Source of the DNA: Podarcis filfolensis
Taxonomy: Eukaryota
Reading direction: 5' to 3' (one strand)
Length of the DNA stretch: 64,000 nucleotides
Assembly: GCA_964270895.1 (NCBI GenBank)
Contig: OZ185437.1
Positions 39,301-51,690 of this stretch are shown piece after piece (positions within the stretch are counted from its first letter, which is position 1; every line of letters starts with the position of its first letter). A program made the position numbers and the translations under genes. The notes under the pieces were generated by a model. That model saw only the letters and a program-made list of their open reading frames with translations, had not been told where the DNA came from and did not search any database.

Positions 39301-40143
39301 TAACTGCTGCAAGAGATCTGGTTGTTCTTTCAGGTTCCCTTTGCCAGCTGGCCAAGCAAGATTCCCTCCCACATCTCTTAGTAGGCCTTCTCCATCTTGG
39401 GCAATTTCTCCCAAAAGATGGTTGATTTCATCAAAACGAAGAAGTAAAAAGCTCACCATCTGCTGCATAATTAGTTGCGTTTCCGTGGCCTGGTTGGCCA
39501 TGCACAAGATAACCTCGTATTTGGAGAGGTTGGGGTTTAAATATGCATAAGCATTTTGATGGGCTTTAACAAGCAACTCTGGGAAATCCACCTTCTCCTC
39601 TGCCTTGCATTCGGGTGGGTTGGGTTTTTCTTTAATTTTGCAATGACGGCCTTGCTTTCTCTGCCTGCTGCTCTTTTGCTTTTTCCCTTTCTTTGGATTT
39701 TGCTTTTCACTGTTTGCATCGTTGTCTTCCAAAGCAAAGCCAATTTCTTCCGATGCAGAAGAGTTTTGCTTTTTGACCTTAATATCCTCAACCATATGGG
39801 CGGGAGACACCGTCAGTTCAGATATGGCTATCTCAGTCTCTGAGATTACCCTTTCCATTTCCTTCTCTTCCTGGTCAATCTCAGGCAGAGAAGGATCCTC
39901 AGAGGAGGAGCGGAAATTAACATTTTTGTCCTCATCTGATGAATTTTCAAAGAAGTGATCTTTACTTTGAGTCTCTCCCTGGCACAACTCCTCAAGATCA
40001 TATGAAGAGGAGCATTTGATCAGCATTGGGAGCTGGGAACCTTCACCCTCTGGATCAACTGGCAGGATACCCCTGTCCAGTGACTTGATTCCATGGGCCA
40101 CATTATGGTTAGCAATATCACTATGTGAAGGAGTGCAGCCCAT
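36392..40143 (-). CDS. PCARE: PCARE (C2orf71, photoreceptor cilium actin regulator) exon 1
   Basis: Long ORF beginning MGCTPSHSDI (G2 myristoylation/C3 palmitoylation motif). Contains the conserved blocks EKVDFPELLVKAHQNAYAYL, YSEDSGIGID, EDPTLLELQRTQKGL, SVKKLIETF and DLPPPPP, plus a Pro/Ser-rich C-terminus. Donor AG|gtaaga at 36392/36391. Confidence 0.97.
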
Positions 40144-40379
40144 TATGCTCCTCTTCCTATCCTTCTTTACTCCTGAAAATATCCAACTGATCTAGGAAGG
40201 AATAAAAAGGCAGAAAAAACTTACAAGTTCAGTTGATGTTAGGATCTTATGCTTCTGATGAAGCTTTCATCTTGAACAGCCCACAGTTTGGTAGGTTGCC
40301 TTCTTAGCTATTATAGACTTCAGCGTTCCCAGTGCATCTCTCCACAAATGTGCACAGTGCATTCTTCGCCTTTGCAATC

Positions 40380-40560
40380 TCCCCTTTGGATGCAAAGCAG
40401 CAGCGCACAAGCTCCATCGCCTTTAGCCTGAGCTAGTGGATTAAGCGTGCTTGTGTTGTGTGTATCTTGCTTTTGCCTTGACAGATGTCTACGAGAAATA
40501 AGATTTTAAGCTTATTAGGCTAAGTAGCCCTCAGCTAGTTTGTTGCATTTATAAAAGGAC
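40380..40560 (-). promoter_or_regulatory. Candidate PCARE proximal promoter
   Basis: GGATTAAG (CTTAATCC, CRX/OTX2-type) at 40438-40445; further TAAT/TAAG cores at 40505-40525; TATAAAT on the minus strand at 40553-40547. TSS is not determinable from sequence. Confidence 0.4.
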
Positions 40561-43500
40561 TTTCTTGTTACATGCTGCATTTGACAAATTAGGTGCTTAC
40601 ACATTACAATACATTTCCCCAAGATGACTCATCGCTAAGGTGCACTTGCTGCTTTTGCAATCCTGAAAAAAAAAGGGTCAGTTGTAAGGCAGTTCTTCCA
40701 GCAAATACCCATTTGAATGGCAAAGTACCACTGCATGGACACGTGCAATGGCAAAGCATTACCTTGGGAGGATAATGTCAATCAGGAAGAAAGCACAGCA
40801 CTCCAAGTCAAATGAGGTAAGCGATGGAAAAGCCTATTTAGGCCATGCATTCGAGAGTGTCTCCAACTTTTCTGACCTGCAACGTCAAAGCAGTTTTCCT
40901 TCTGATGCGTCTCACACGTGCTTCAGCCACCCTTTCCTTCCCCAAACCTATGATGCTACATTGCACGAGATTGTAAATGTCAAGAGTTAATTAAGTTTGA
41001 TTCAGAGAAGATCTCTTGAAATTAGTGTACCAAAGGTAGTCATGCCTGTGTGAGCCCACTCACAGTAGGAATAACATTAGGTGCAACCCTAAATAATTAT
41101 TTGAAAGCAGTACCCGACTGAAGTTATAAAATTATATGGTAAGTAATACAATCTTGTTGTGCTTCTGTGGCATTGATTTCAGGTTTTAGATGGTGCGCCA
41201 GCCCCCCACTTCACACCGTTGCTTGGCTGTGGCCAAGTCACTGTCGCTCAGTCTAACCAACCCCACACGACTGCTGTAAGATTAAAATAAAACAACTAAT
41301 GGTTTAGGAAACTGTTGTGATGATTAAAGGCTAAAGCTTTGTTGCAGCAGACAGAGGAGCAGACAGAAGAATGGAAATTTTGAAGGAGGGCTGAAGTGGT
41401 GCAGAAATTTTAAAGGAGAGGATGAAGTGGTGCAGAAGGAAATGAAAATGTTTGTTTGCTCACCTGTGCAAAAAAATACAAGAACATATTTATGCAGCAG
41501 ATCTTCTCCTTCTTTTTCAGATTAAATTTTGATGAGTTTATAACTTTGCATCTACCAAGAGATGCACTGGTGAGTTCTTTGAATGATGCATAGATGACAG
41601 TTTGTCTGTCTGAATAATGAGGAAGATGACGAGGCTATATTTTTAAAGGAAAATTTGGAATAGCCATGGTTATCCACAGGCAGTTGGTATCGGCTTAATA
41701 ATCTGCAAATATGACTTTTGCACATGTCATGCTGCCTTTCTAGTGCCATTGAACATAATTTGGAAGGACGCTATTAATTTCAAAACAGTGGGGAATGCCC
41801 TGGTGAAGCTGATCCCTTCCCACAGGTCAACTCTGACAGATGGGTGGGATCACTCATTTTTCAGTCACCTGGCATCATCATGACATCAGATGATTGACAG
41901 ATGGGTAGGGCCAGTGAATCGTCAATTCCGTTGCTACCCCCGATGGCAGCCTCATTTCCTGTCACGGTGTTTCCTGAGTCTCAGATGGAAGTGAGATGTT
42001 AGTGCCCACAACCTCATGCCAATGGGGAAGTTACTATGAGCTGTCAGCTGTGTAATATGAGATAATGCATGTTCTTTGTACTTTTGTCCATTTATTGTGT
42101 TTATTTTTCCTGATTTGAACTATAAAATTATGATTTTCTTGAGTCAAAATGAGGGTACTAAACATATTTTTTTTAAAGAAAAAAAGCACTGGGTAGGACT
42201 ACCTACCAGTCAAAGTTGACTTACAGGCTGGGAGGAGATAAGAATATAGACCATTGGGCCAGAAATATTTCCTGCCTTTGGTCTAGAGCATTGCATCTTC
42301 CCAACACAAACTTAATATGAATGTTTGTCAAATACCTGACATCCTCAAAAATAAAAAAGTTATGCAATGGCAAAGTAATATTTGTTTAATCCTTTAATCT
42401 TCTTTTTGTTTTCTTGCCTCCTATAGTCTGGCTACAATATCTTCTTTTTGCCTTTAACTTTGACTTGGCGTACAAGAATACCTGCAGCAGTTCTTGGGTG
42501 GCCTATGAATTATTCACCAGAGTTGCATATCTCGGCATCATGGTTGCATTTACTAATCTGTTCTGTGCCAAGAGCTGGATGAAGACAAGCTGGTGCAGCT
42601 GATTAGTCTAATGAAAATGCCCTTTAGGTAATTTTGGATGGGTTCCATCTACTTTACATCCAATACAATCCAGAAATGTAATCTGTTTGCATACTCTAGT
42701 CTCATGAACATTTTCACAGGGCATGGGAGATTTGGTATTGTGTTTGTTTATAACATTTATATACCACCTTTATGAATTATGTATCTATTACTTTTTCAAC
42801 GTATGCATTATTTTTTACAGTTCTCATCCCATGTAACCTTACAATAACCTTGTGAGAAAAATTTCCAGTGTGAGAGAGTATATTATCAAACACTTACTGG
42901 GTTGGAAGAGAATCCACAGCTCATATATCTAATCTAAGTCCCCATTTGCACCATATATTTAAAGCAGCAGGGCTCTCCCCAAGGATTCCTGGGAACTGTA
43001 GTTTTTAAGAGTGCCGAGAGTTGTTAGGAGATCCCTATTCCCCTCACAGAGCTACAATTCCCAGAATTCCCTGGGAAGAGGAATTGGCTGAGGAGAATAA
43101 GGGTTTCATTACAACTCTCAGCTCCCTTAACAAACCACAGTTCCCAGGATTGTTTAAGGAAAGTCATCCTTGTTTAAAGGTGTATGTTTAAATGTGTAGT
43201 TCAGATGGGGTCTAACACACTTATGTGCTGTGCAAAATAGCATTCTCAAATGGAGAGGCAGGTATGTTTCTGGTGCAGTATGCAGGCAGTTGTTAAGGAG
43301 AGAACAACTTTCCTGACCACTCTCTCCCTATGCAGGTTGTGTCTTTGTGTTGATACACAATATCCACTTTTTCCTATTTTGTACAGGACAATGATAGTTG
43401 GTGTTGAAGCAAATTTTACACACCCTACTTTCTTAGGATCTCTCCCTTTTGGACCTTAAAACATACTTCAGAATCAAATCAGATGGAGTCTCTTTCCTCC

Positions 43501-44149
43501 TTATCTGCTTTCTCTGTGTCTTCCAATATAATTGGGTCACTTTTGTCCGCCCCATTACAGGTACACCGCTTGTCTGCAGTACGAAGTGAAATAGATTATC
43601 TATAAAACCCCCTGAGATGAAGACTATTAGAATGGCGATACGTTTTAGTGGTGTTATAAAGTGTGCTGAAAGCAGTAGGAGCCTCATGTTCTCTTCATGC
43701 AGGTCAGTAAAGGTCTGCAATACTAGTCTTTAACTAGACAAAATCGAATGCGGTATCCTGAGATGTTTTACTGTGAAACACCTTCACGGTGTCTACAAGT
43801 ACACATTTAGAGGCTGATTCAGGGCATCCAGCCAATTAATTCGGCATCCCACTTCCATTAGTTTTGCATGGAGTGGAAGCGATAGGAACTTAGCAGCTGC
43901 AAGCTCATGCACAAGAGTTTGCTTCACTTAAAAGCAAATCAGCAAATCAATGTCAATGTAGATTGCGTGGAACAAGGAAAACAGCTGTGTTTTTTCTATT
44001 TCTCATGTGTTAAACCCGTAATTATCTGATGATTCATCACAGCACAAAAGAGCCTCCCTGACAATGGAACTTGAGCAATATCTTGAACACTAAATTTGCC
44101 GTTTTTTACATAAATAAAGGGTGAATCACAGCTGAGTGACAATCTGGTT

Positions 44150-44700
44150 AGGGGGCTTAGTGGGACACCCAGCTTTATACATTACACCAGTGTTGAGAGA
44201 TCTACACTGGCTGCCTCTTAGCCACTGAGCCAAGTTCAAGGTATTGTTGTTGACATTGAAAGCCCTGAACAATTTAAGGCTTGGACATCTAGCAGACCAC
44301 CTCCCTGGGCAGAGACTAGGATGATCTTTAGAATCTCCCAAGGAGACCTTGCTGGTAAACCACAACCAACAGACTGTCACTTGGTGACAATGCAGAAGCA
44401 AGCCTTCTCAGTGATAGCACCCACCCTCTGGAAAGACCTTCCTCATGAGGCTGAGACAGCAATTACCTTTAGATGCCTCTTTGAAAAGTATATCTTTACC
44501 GAAGCTTTCCTGGATTTCAGTTTTTAATTTTTAATTATTTGTTTTGTACGCTGCTCAATTTTCTTTGTGATGTATAGTTTCAATCTCGTTTTTAGGAAAT
44601 TTTACAGAATGTCACTGTTGTGTTTTTATTGCTTTTATGTAAACTATTAGATATTTGTATTACATTAAACTTTTTTTAAATAAATAAATAAATAAATACT
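44150..44700 (+). mobile_element. L2 LINE 3' fragment
   Basis: Translates to HITPVLRDLHWLP..*AKFKVLLLTLKALNNL, the classic L2 ORF2 C-terminus; ends in (TAAA)n. Confidence 0.8.
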
Positions 44701-46559
44701 CTAGTGTGATGTAAGTATTCAGATTACAGAATCCTACCATTAGCCTCCAAGTATTTTAAAATTCTCTCATGTTCCCTAGTCTGGTGCTACTGCTTATTTA
44801 GCTGTTCATGTCTAAACACCCTACCATAAAACTTAGTTTCAGAATTAGCAGTAGATTTTGCTAAGTGTGGGGGCCCAACCCTTGTTTTCTTACAAAACAG
44901 TGCAATCAGAAGTCAACACTATTTCCAAACACTGTTCTGCTCCAACAAGCTATGCAAGTTACCAGTCTCATCTTGCCTTTCTTGGGGCGCCCAATAAAAA
45001 AATCTTGGCTGGGCAGGTAATTTTATAATAACTACCTGGCATTAAGTCTTCTTTCTCATGGGTGAGATGGTAAAATCTGTCTGACTATACCACTTCAGAC
45101 TAAGATTGGAGCTCCTGCTGTTAATTATTACGTTTTTATCTCACCCTTTTCTCCAAAGAATTCCAAACAGTTCCCTGAACACAGAAAACTTGAACGTCAG
45201 GGTGTTCTTTTAAAAACTCAGCTACCTCCCTGTGATGGTGGTGTCTCAGCTGGAGGTATTCAATCATACGATGTCCGTGCTTACAATCTGCAGTGGTGCG
45301 TTCAAGACCCAGGGTTGCCATTCCCATCTGCTGTACTCGTGCATAGTATTACTTCTGGCATAGGCTTCATTTAAATCTAACATAGTCTGATTTTTAACCT
45401 CAGTTTTGTTTGTGCACACACCCCTTATCAAATGTAAATAGATACCTTGGTAATGCAACACTCAGGAGGTTGTGGACTCTCCTTCATCAGAGGTTTTTAA
45501 GCAAATGTTGGATGGCCACCTGTCATGGATGCTTTAGATGATATTTCTAAATTGCAGGTGGTTGGACTAGATGACCCTCGCGATCCCTTCTCTACAGTCC
45601 TATGCACATTTACCCATAAATGCCAATGTTGTCAAGGGACTTAGATCCACATCACACATTTAAAGCAAATGTCCTCACCCAAAGAATCCTGGGAACTGTA
45701 GTTTAAGGGTGCTGGGGACAGTACCCCTATTAGGGGAAAGCCAGAGTTCCTAGGATTATTTCAGGGAAGTAATGTACTTAGACCTAACTTCTGAAACTCA
45801 CATCATGCATATAAAGCACAACCAATGCACATTTGGTTTCAGAAGTTAGGTCTTACTGAATTCATCTTATTGAAGATTCTTACTCCCAGGGAAGTTGGGT
45901 TGTAGCCTGTTTGCATATATGGCTGTAGTTCAAGGATAAAAATTTAAAATTAGCTGAGAGAAAGCACCATTAATCTGAATAAATATGCACATGCACTATG
46001 GAAACTTACTCATTTTTTTGTATTGTTTGTAGCTTTCAAGGCCAGTATTTTACTTTTCATTGCAATTCTACACTTACTAGGGAGCAAGATCCAATGGCAG
46101 ATTCTGCTAGAAAGGTGTATCGCAGCACCAACACTGAAATGCGTAATTTAATAATGGAAAGTCAAAATGACTTGCTTTAAAATCAGTTTGTTTTTCAGAA
46201 AAAGACACTGCAGTATTATGTAAACATTCCACTGTCAGCTTTTTAGGCCACAAGTGCTGGGCACCACGAACAACTGCGGACATTTCCTGAATTAAAACTT
46301 ACACACCGCTGCCTGCTTTTGAGCAAATGAACCATTACTTGCAGCGTTCTAAGGGACTGTTAGTGAACACACACAACACACACCTATACTGCTTTCTGTA
46401 TTTGTTGCACAGGGTGTCATTCTCTCTTGCCGGTTTTATCTGCGTTAGATTTTAAGTTTTCCTTTCGGTATGACTAATTGAACAAATAAATAAATAATTT
46501 GCGGTGCTTCAAGGTGCTTTTTGCACTGCTTCTGTGACTGCGACCCTGTGCACTTTGCG

Positions 46560-47720
46560 ACGTTTGTGACGCCTTTGAAGCGGTTTCCAAGCCAGGCTTG
46601 CTGCTTTCACCCAACCCGCCGCATTGTCATTTTTGCAAAAAACCACCAAACTGCGGAGAACGCGGCAACGGTGGCCGCGCGAAGCGGCGCGCGCTGAGCT
46701 CCGAGCCACTGCGGGCTGCGCGAGACTCCCGCCCCCACTCGTCTCTCATCCGCTTCATTAAGCGAGGAGAAGCGGAGGAAGAAGAGAGGTGATGCGCGCA
46801 GGCGCAGGCGCCCGAGGCCCGTGTGGGGAGGGAAGGGGGAAAAGAGAGCCAAAGACCACACACACCGAATGTGGGCGTGGCCTGACGCGCCGTTTCCTAG
46901 GAGCCGAAACTGGAAGGCAAAAAAAAGTCGAGTATGTAAAGCAGCGGGGCGGAGCCAAGGCCGCTCACTGGCTGAGAGCGAGGGTGAAGGGGCGGGGTCT
47001 AACGCCTCAACCTCTTGCTGCGCCTCAGGGATGGCGGATGATGGTGATCGACGGTGGAGGGGCGGGGCATGGCAGGCGAGCGAGGGCGGGGGCGGCGCCT
47101 GGAGGGAACGGGGACTCATCCTTACTCGCTCCTCTCCCTTGTCTCAGGGAGCCTCCGTTGGGCGGAGAGGGCAGGTAAAGGCGCGCGGGGGGGGGGGGCG
47201 TGTGAAGGAGCCGCTGTCACCTTGGCTTGCTTTCCTTTCCGGCTGTCTCTGGGGAGGGGGGAGGCCGGTGTGTTGCTGAGGGGGGGGGGAGGAAGGGGGC
47301 TGGGCAGGCGGTGCTGCTGCTCAGCCCCAAACGCGAGGGGGGGGAGATGCTGGAGGGGGCGGCCTAGGTAAGCCTACCTTTGTGATGTGATGGGGGGGCG
47401 TGGCGCGGTGAAGGGGCCGGGGAACGTCTGAACGGAGCACTTTCTGGCACGCCCACGTGGAGTTTGTAGGCATGGTCCTTGGTGGGGGGAAATAGCGCTG
47501 CCGGTGGATTTGTGGAGAGGTTTTTTGGGGGGTGGGGAGTCAAGCGGCTCTGAAAAGGTGGGAGAAATGAAGGGCAAAGGTGTGTGGGTTGCAGCTGACG
47601 GGAAGGACGCGGGAATCCTCCGAGAAGAGTGGGGTCAAATGCAGAGAGAGGGGCTTGCGTTGCTGTGCGCGTGGGCTCCGGAGGGACCCATTGGGGCCTG
47701 AGCTTGCAAAAAAGGCATTG
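46560..47720. promoter_or_regulatory. CLIP4: CpG island / CLIP4 promoter and non-coding first exon(s)
   Basis: Abrupt CpG- and GC-rich block in a CpG-depleted window. GC boxes at about 46945 and 46990, an NRF1-like GCGCAGGCGCA at about 46795, and CACGTG at 47454-47459. Donors GCAG|gtaaag (47174) and CTAG|gtaagc (47367). Confidence 0.85.
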
Positions 47721-49980
47721 GTATAAGATACACACGCTTAGGGAGAGGGGAGGTTGAAATGTATCCCTTGCTCTAAGGGAGGTCACCCCTCCAATCTCTG
47801 TATTTTTTGTCGCATAGAACTGCTGCATTCTTTTGGTGAACGTTCCCCTTCAGAGTCTCCCCCTCCCTTCCCCCCTTCCTCAAAGCAATTTTGCAGGCAG
47901 TGTTACTTGTTTTGACTTAGTTAATTGTGAGCTTGGAGTAATGCCAGTTTGTATGTGTCAGGTCTCTCTCTCTTTCGACCCCCCCCCCCAAACCTCTTGT
48001 TCTTTGCAGCAGCAGGGATAAAAGTCACACTTTCGCATAATCTAGAGGCTGGCTTGCATAGAGGAGCTTGCATTTAAGCACCACTTTAAAAAACAACATC
48101 AGCTTTTCTCAGAACTTCTGAATTGGAATGGAAGTACTGTAAGAGGAAAAGAGTGACACTGCAGTTGCTTGTAGTTTACTATTGAAGGGAAGTAGACTAG
48201 GTGGGAATGTTACTATTTATATTAAAAAATAAAAACAAAATAAGGCAGCAATAACAATTTTTAGCATGAATGGCTAGGATTTCATGGAGATACTATCCAG
48301 ATATTCACAATATAATTCCAATACCAGTTAGTTTCTCTCATGGACTACCAAGTTTGGCTAATTATTCCGGAACACAACAGTTTTCAGTCGGTAGTATTTC
48401 TAACTCTTCTCTATACTACAAAATCACTTTACTTACTGTGTATGCTTTTACTGTGGTACGACTGCTCTCTAAACATGCACAAATATCACATGTTCATTAG
48501 TAGAACAAGAAGCCTCCTTTAATCTGTCAGGTGAAAACTAATTAACACTTTCCATGTCAAATTAGACTTCTAATTTTAAAGGACATATTAATCTGTGCTG
48601 CTCATGGCTCTGTAGATTACATGTGGTTGCCTTCTCGTGTTTACTTAGATTACTATGCAGTGTAATGTAAGTGCTATTTAGTTTTGATATTAAATCACAG
48701 TTGGCAGATACATTTGACATTTGAAACTGTAGTGCTGAAACTTATATGCAGAAAAGTTCGTTGTGGGTTGTACTGCATTCAGTGGTACATAATAACCCAA
48801 TGTTTTTCTTTCATAATTGATTCAGAAAGCTAAGTTTTTGTTTCTAATAGCATTGACTTCTGCAGTCACCATGTCATAGAAATTGATTCAGGCTAGTTTG
48901 AGGGAATCCAGGAAATGGAATCTGTGATCACCACTTATTGAGCAAGCCAAATAATTGAAACTCACCCAGTAAGTGCTGGCTATATGCTTGATTACTTTTT
49001 GGGCATCTTCAATAACATGCTTTCAGGTGGTGATTGTGAAAATCAAAACTTACTTTAAAAGATGGCCAAGGGATTGGGGAGCAGGACTGGTTGCTACTTA
49101 CTTGTCTTTGAGATTCAATACAGTTATCCTCAGTTCATCTTATGGGTCCAAAGTAAGCAGTTCTGTACTGAAAAAAAAGAGAGCTTCAGATCCCCTTTGA
49201 AGTTTCTCTGTGATATAGTCAATTTCCAATCTCGCCATCATTTTTCTTAATTTGTAAAATATGTAAATTGTTAGCATAGCACCTTTTGATAATGAATATT
49301 ATTACAATTACTTCATGCTTCATGCTCAGGTAACTTTCTGTTCATGAATTTCATGGCTGAATAATGTTCCATGGCCTTTTAAATGTGTTTGTGGGACAGG
49401 GATTATTCATTTGTTTTTGTTTTATTATGTATTTTGTGTGCTCCTTTTGTATTTTTATGTTTGGAACCACACTGTGATCTTCAGATGAAGGGCAGTTATT
49501 TATAGATAAATAAATGTGGTGTTTTTTCAAGAATTCTGAAAATGATGGAAGACCTATGAGTAGGTATGCTGTACCACAGTCTATAGATGGACGGATACTC
49601 CAATCGCGTAATATATGAAGTCCTTCCCATTCTATTTATAATCAGTTGGTAATAAATCAAGCTCCTTCTACTATAGTAAATGGAAACAAGAATTCCTGCG
49701 AGGTAGTTGTGTCTGCAGTGAGGATGGGGTTTACTGGCAGAAATAAATGAGGCCATCAGACATGTCTATCCTTTCCCTACTGAGTGATGGTATAGGTAGT
49801 ATCACAAGGTGAAGCAAGTGAGAACTTTATGGCCTACCCTGCCTCTTCATGGCTGAATTATCCATTTCCACTATGCTTGTGGCAACATTTTTCTGTAGGT
49901 TGTTCTAGCCGCTCCTTAGGACCTCTCTTTAGTTGTTCCCATATCTAGGTGAAAGATGCCAAGGAAACAGCAAAGCTATA

Positions 49981-50222
49981 CAGTTGTACCTTGGGTTAAG
50001 TACTTAATTCGTTCCGGAGGTCTGTTCTTAACCTGAAACTGTTCTTAATCTGAAGCACCACTTTAGCTAATGGGGCCTCCTGCTGCCGCCGTGCTGCCGG
50101 AGCCCGATTTCTGTTCTTATCCTGAAGCAAAGTTCTTAACCTGAAGCACTATTTCTGGGTTAGCAGAGTGTGTAACCTGAAGTGTATGTAACCTGAAGCG
50201 TATGTAACCCGAGGTACCACTG
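49981..50222 (+). mobile_element. Tigger-like MITE copy 3 (CLIP4 intron 1)
   Basis: 242 bp, TA-flanked, same orientation as copies 1 and 2. Confidence 0.9.
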
Positions 50223-50299
50223 TAGTTGTCATAAAAAGTATTTAATTTTGTTTTAGCATTTGCACTGTTTGCATGTTTTGCAAATGTTTGCAAGATATA

Positions 50300-50524
50300 C
50301 AGTGGTACCTTGGGTTACAAACGCTTCGGGTTACAAACTCCGCTAACCCGGAAGTAGAACCTTGGGTTGAGAACTTTGCCCCAGGATGAGAATGGAAATC
50401 GTGCGCCAGCGGTGTGGCGGCAGCGGGAGGCCCCATTAGCAAAAGGGGGCCTCAGGTTAAGAACAATTTTGGGTTAAGAATGGACCTCCAGAACAAATTA
50501 AGTTCATAACCCAAAGTACCATTG
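50300..50524 (-). mobile_element. Tigger-like MITE copy 4, variant lacking one 17-bp subterminal unit
   Basis: 225 bp, TA-flanked, reverse orientation, more diverged. Confidence 0.85.
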
Positions 50525-50919
50525 TACTTTATACTTCATAGCTGATGTACCGTTGACTTCATTTTCCTTAAATGCTATTTACTTTCCTGTCCTTTTTTCT
50601 TACAAGTTCACAAGTTCCTGACTGTTATCTACATGCATGTCTTTCTGATATTCTTAATGAATAGGTTGTTGGGCTCCTTCCAGCATTGAATGTGATTTCA
50701 TTTGACATGATACTTCCTAATTGGGGAATGATTTGTGGATGAGGGTACTGACTAGAGACAGAGCCAACCTATAGGCTGCTGAATACGCTCCTCATTATGA
50801 CAACACTTAAGTTGTTTCCTCAGGCTTTGTCCTAAGCAGAGAAGTAGCAATTACAAGTTCTGTAACATCTTCTGCTATAATATCAAATTTCCCCTCTCAC
50901 TTTTTCAGTAGTACAGTAG

Positions 50920-51274
50920 TAAGGTAAAGGTAAAAGGACCCCTGACCATTAGTTCCAGTCGCGGACAACTCTGGGGTTGTGGTGCTCATCTCGCTTTATT
51001 GGCCTAGGGAGCTGGCGTACAGTTTTCGGGTCATGTGGCCAGCATGACTAAGCCACTTCTGGCGAACCAGAGCAGCACACGGAAACGCCGTTTACATTCC
51101 CGCCGGAGCGGTACCTATTTATCTACTTGCACTTGACGTGCTTTCGAACTGCTAGGTTGGCAGGAGCAGGGACTGAGCAACGGGAACTCACCCCGTCATG
51201 GGGATTCAAACTGCCGACCTTCTGATCGGCAAGTCCTAGGCTCAGTGGTTTAACCCACAGCGCCACCCGTGTCC
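50920..51274 (-). mobile_element. Sauria (Squam1) SINE, full length, second subtype
   Basis: (AAAGGT)n tail to the ...ccacagcgccacccgtgtcc head on the minus strand. Confidence 0.92.
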
Positions 51275-51690
51275 TATTTGTTCTTACTTCTCATTTGGGT
51301 TTGAGGGCTAGTTATACTGAATATATACCGTGTTAATCTAGGGCCATGACATTTGCAGCATGATGCTAAAGCTGAAAAGTGTGTTTTAAAAATATAATTA
51401 TTGCATATTTCCCATGTCCATCTTCAAGAGGTCAGGGTAGTTGGACACTATTAAAAATATGCCCAAAATCTGTAGAATAAATATAAAAGCAAAATCAATC
51501 ACTCTAAAAGCAATATCTCATTAGAAAAAAAAGAAAGAACAATTCAGCCGAATTTCAAGGTTTCACCACCCAGGCAGTTCTAAAAATGGTATACATATTA
51601 AAAGTCTTCAAAGATAGATTCTGGAAGCCTACCTTTGGTTCCATCCACATGGGGCTACCACTGTGTTCTTCCTTTCTGACTTAACCTGGC

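Noticed and set aside
39110-39843. Plus-strand ORFs antisense to PCARE exon 1
   Set aside because: Shadow ORFs of a long coding exon.
46598-47828. Many overlapping 60-170 aa ORFs on both strands
   Set aside because: Expected from stop-codon depletion in a GC-rich CpG island; no recognisable domains.
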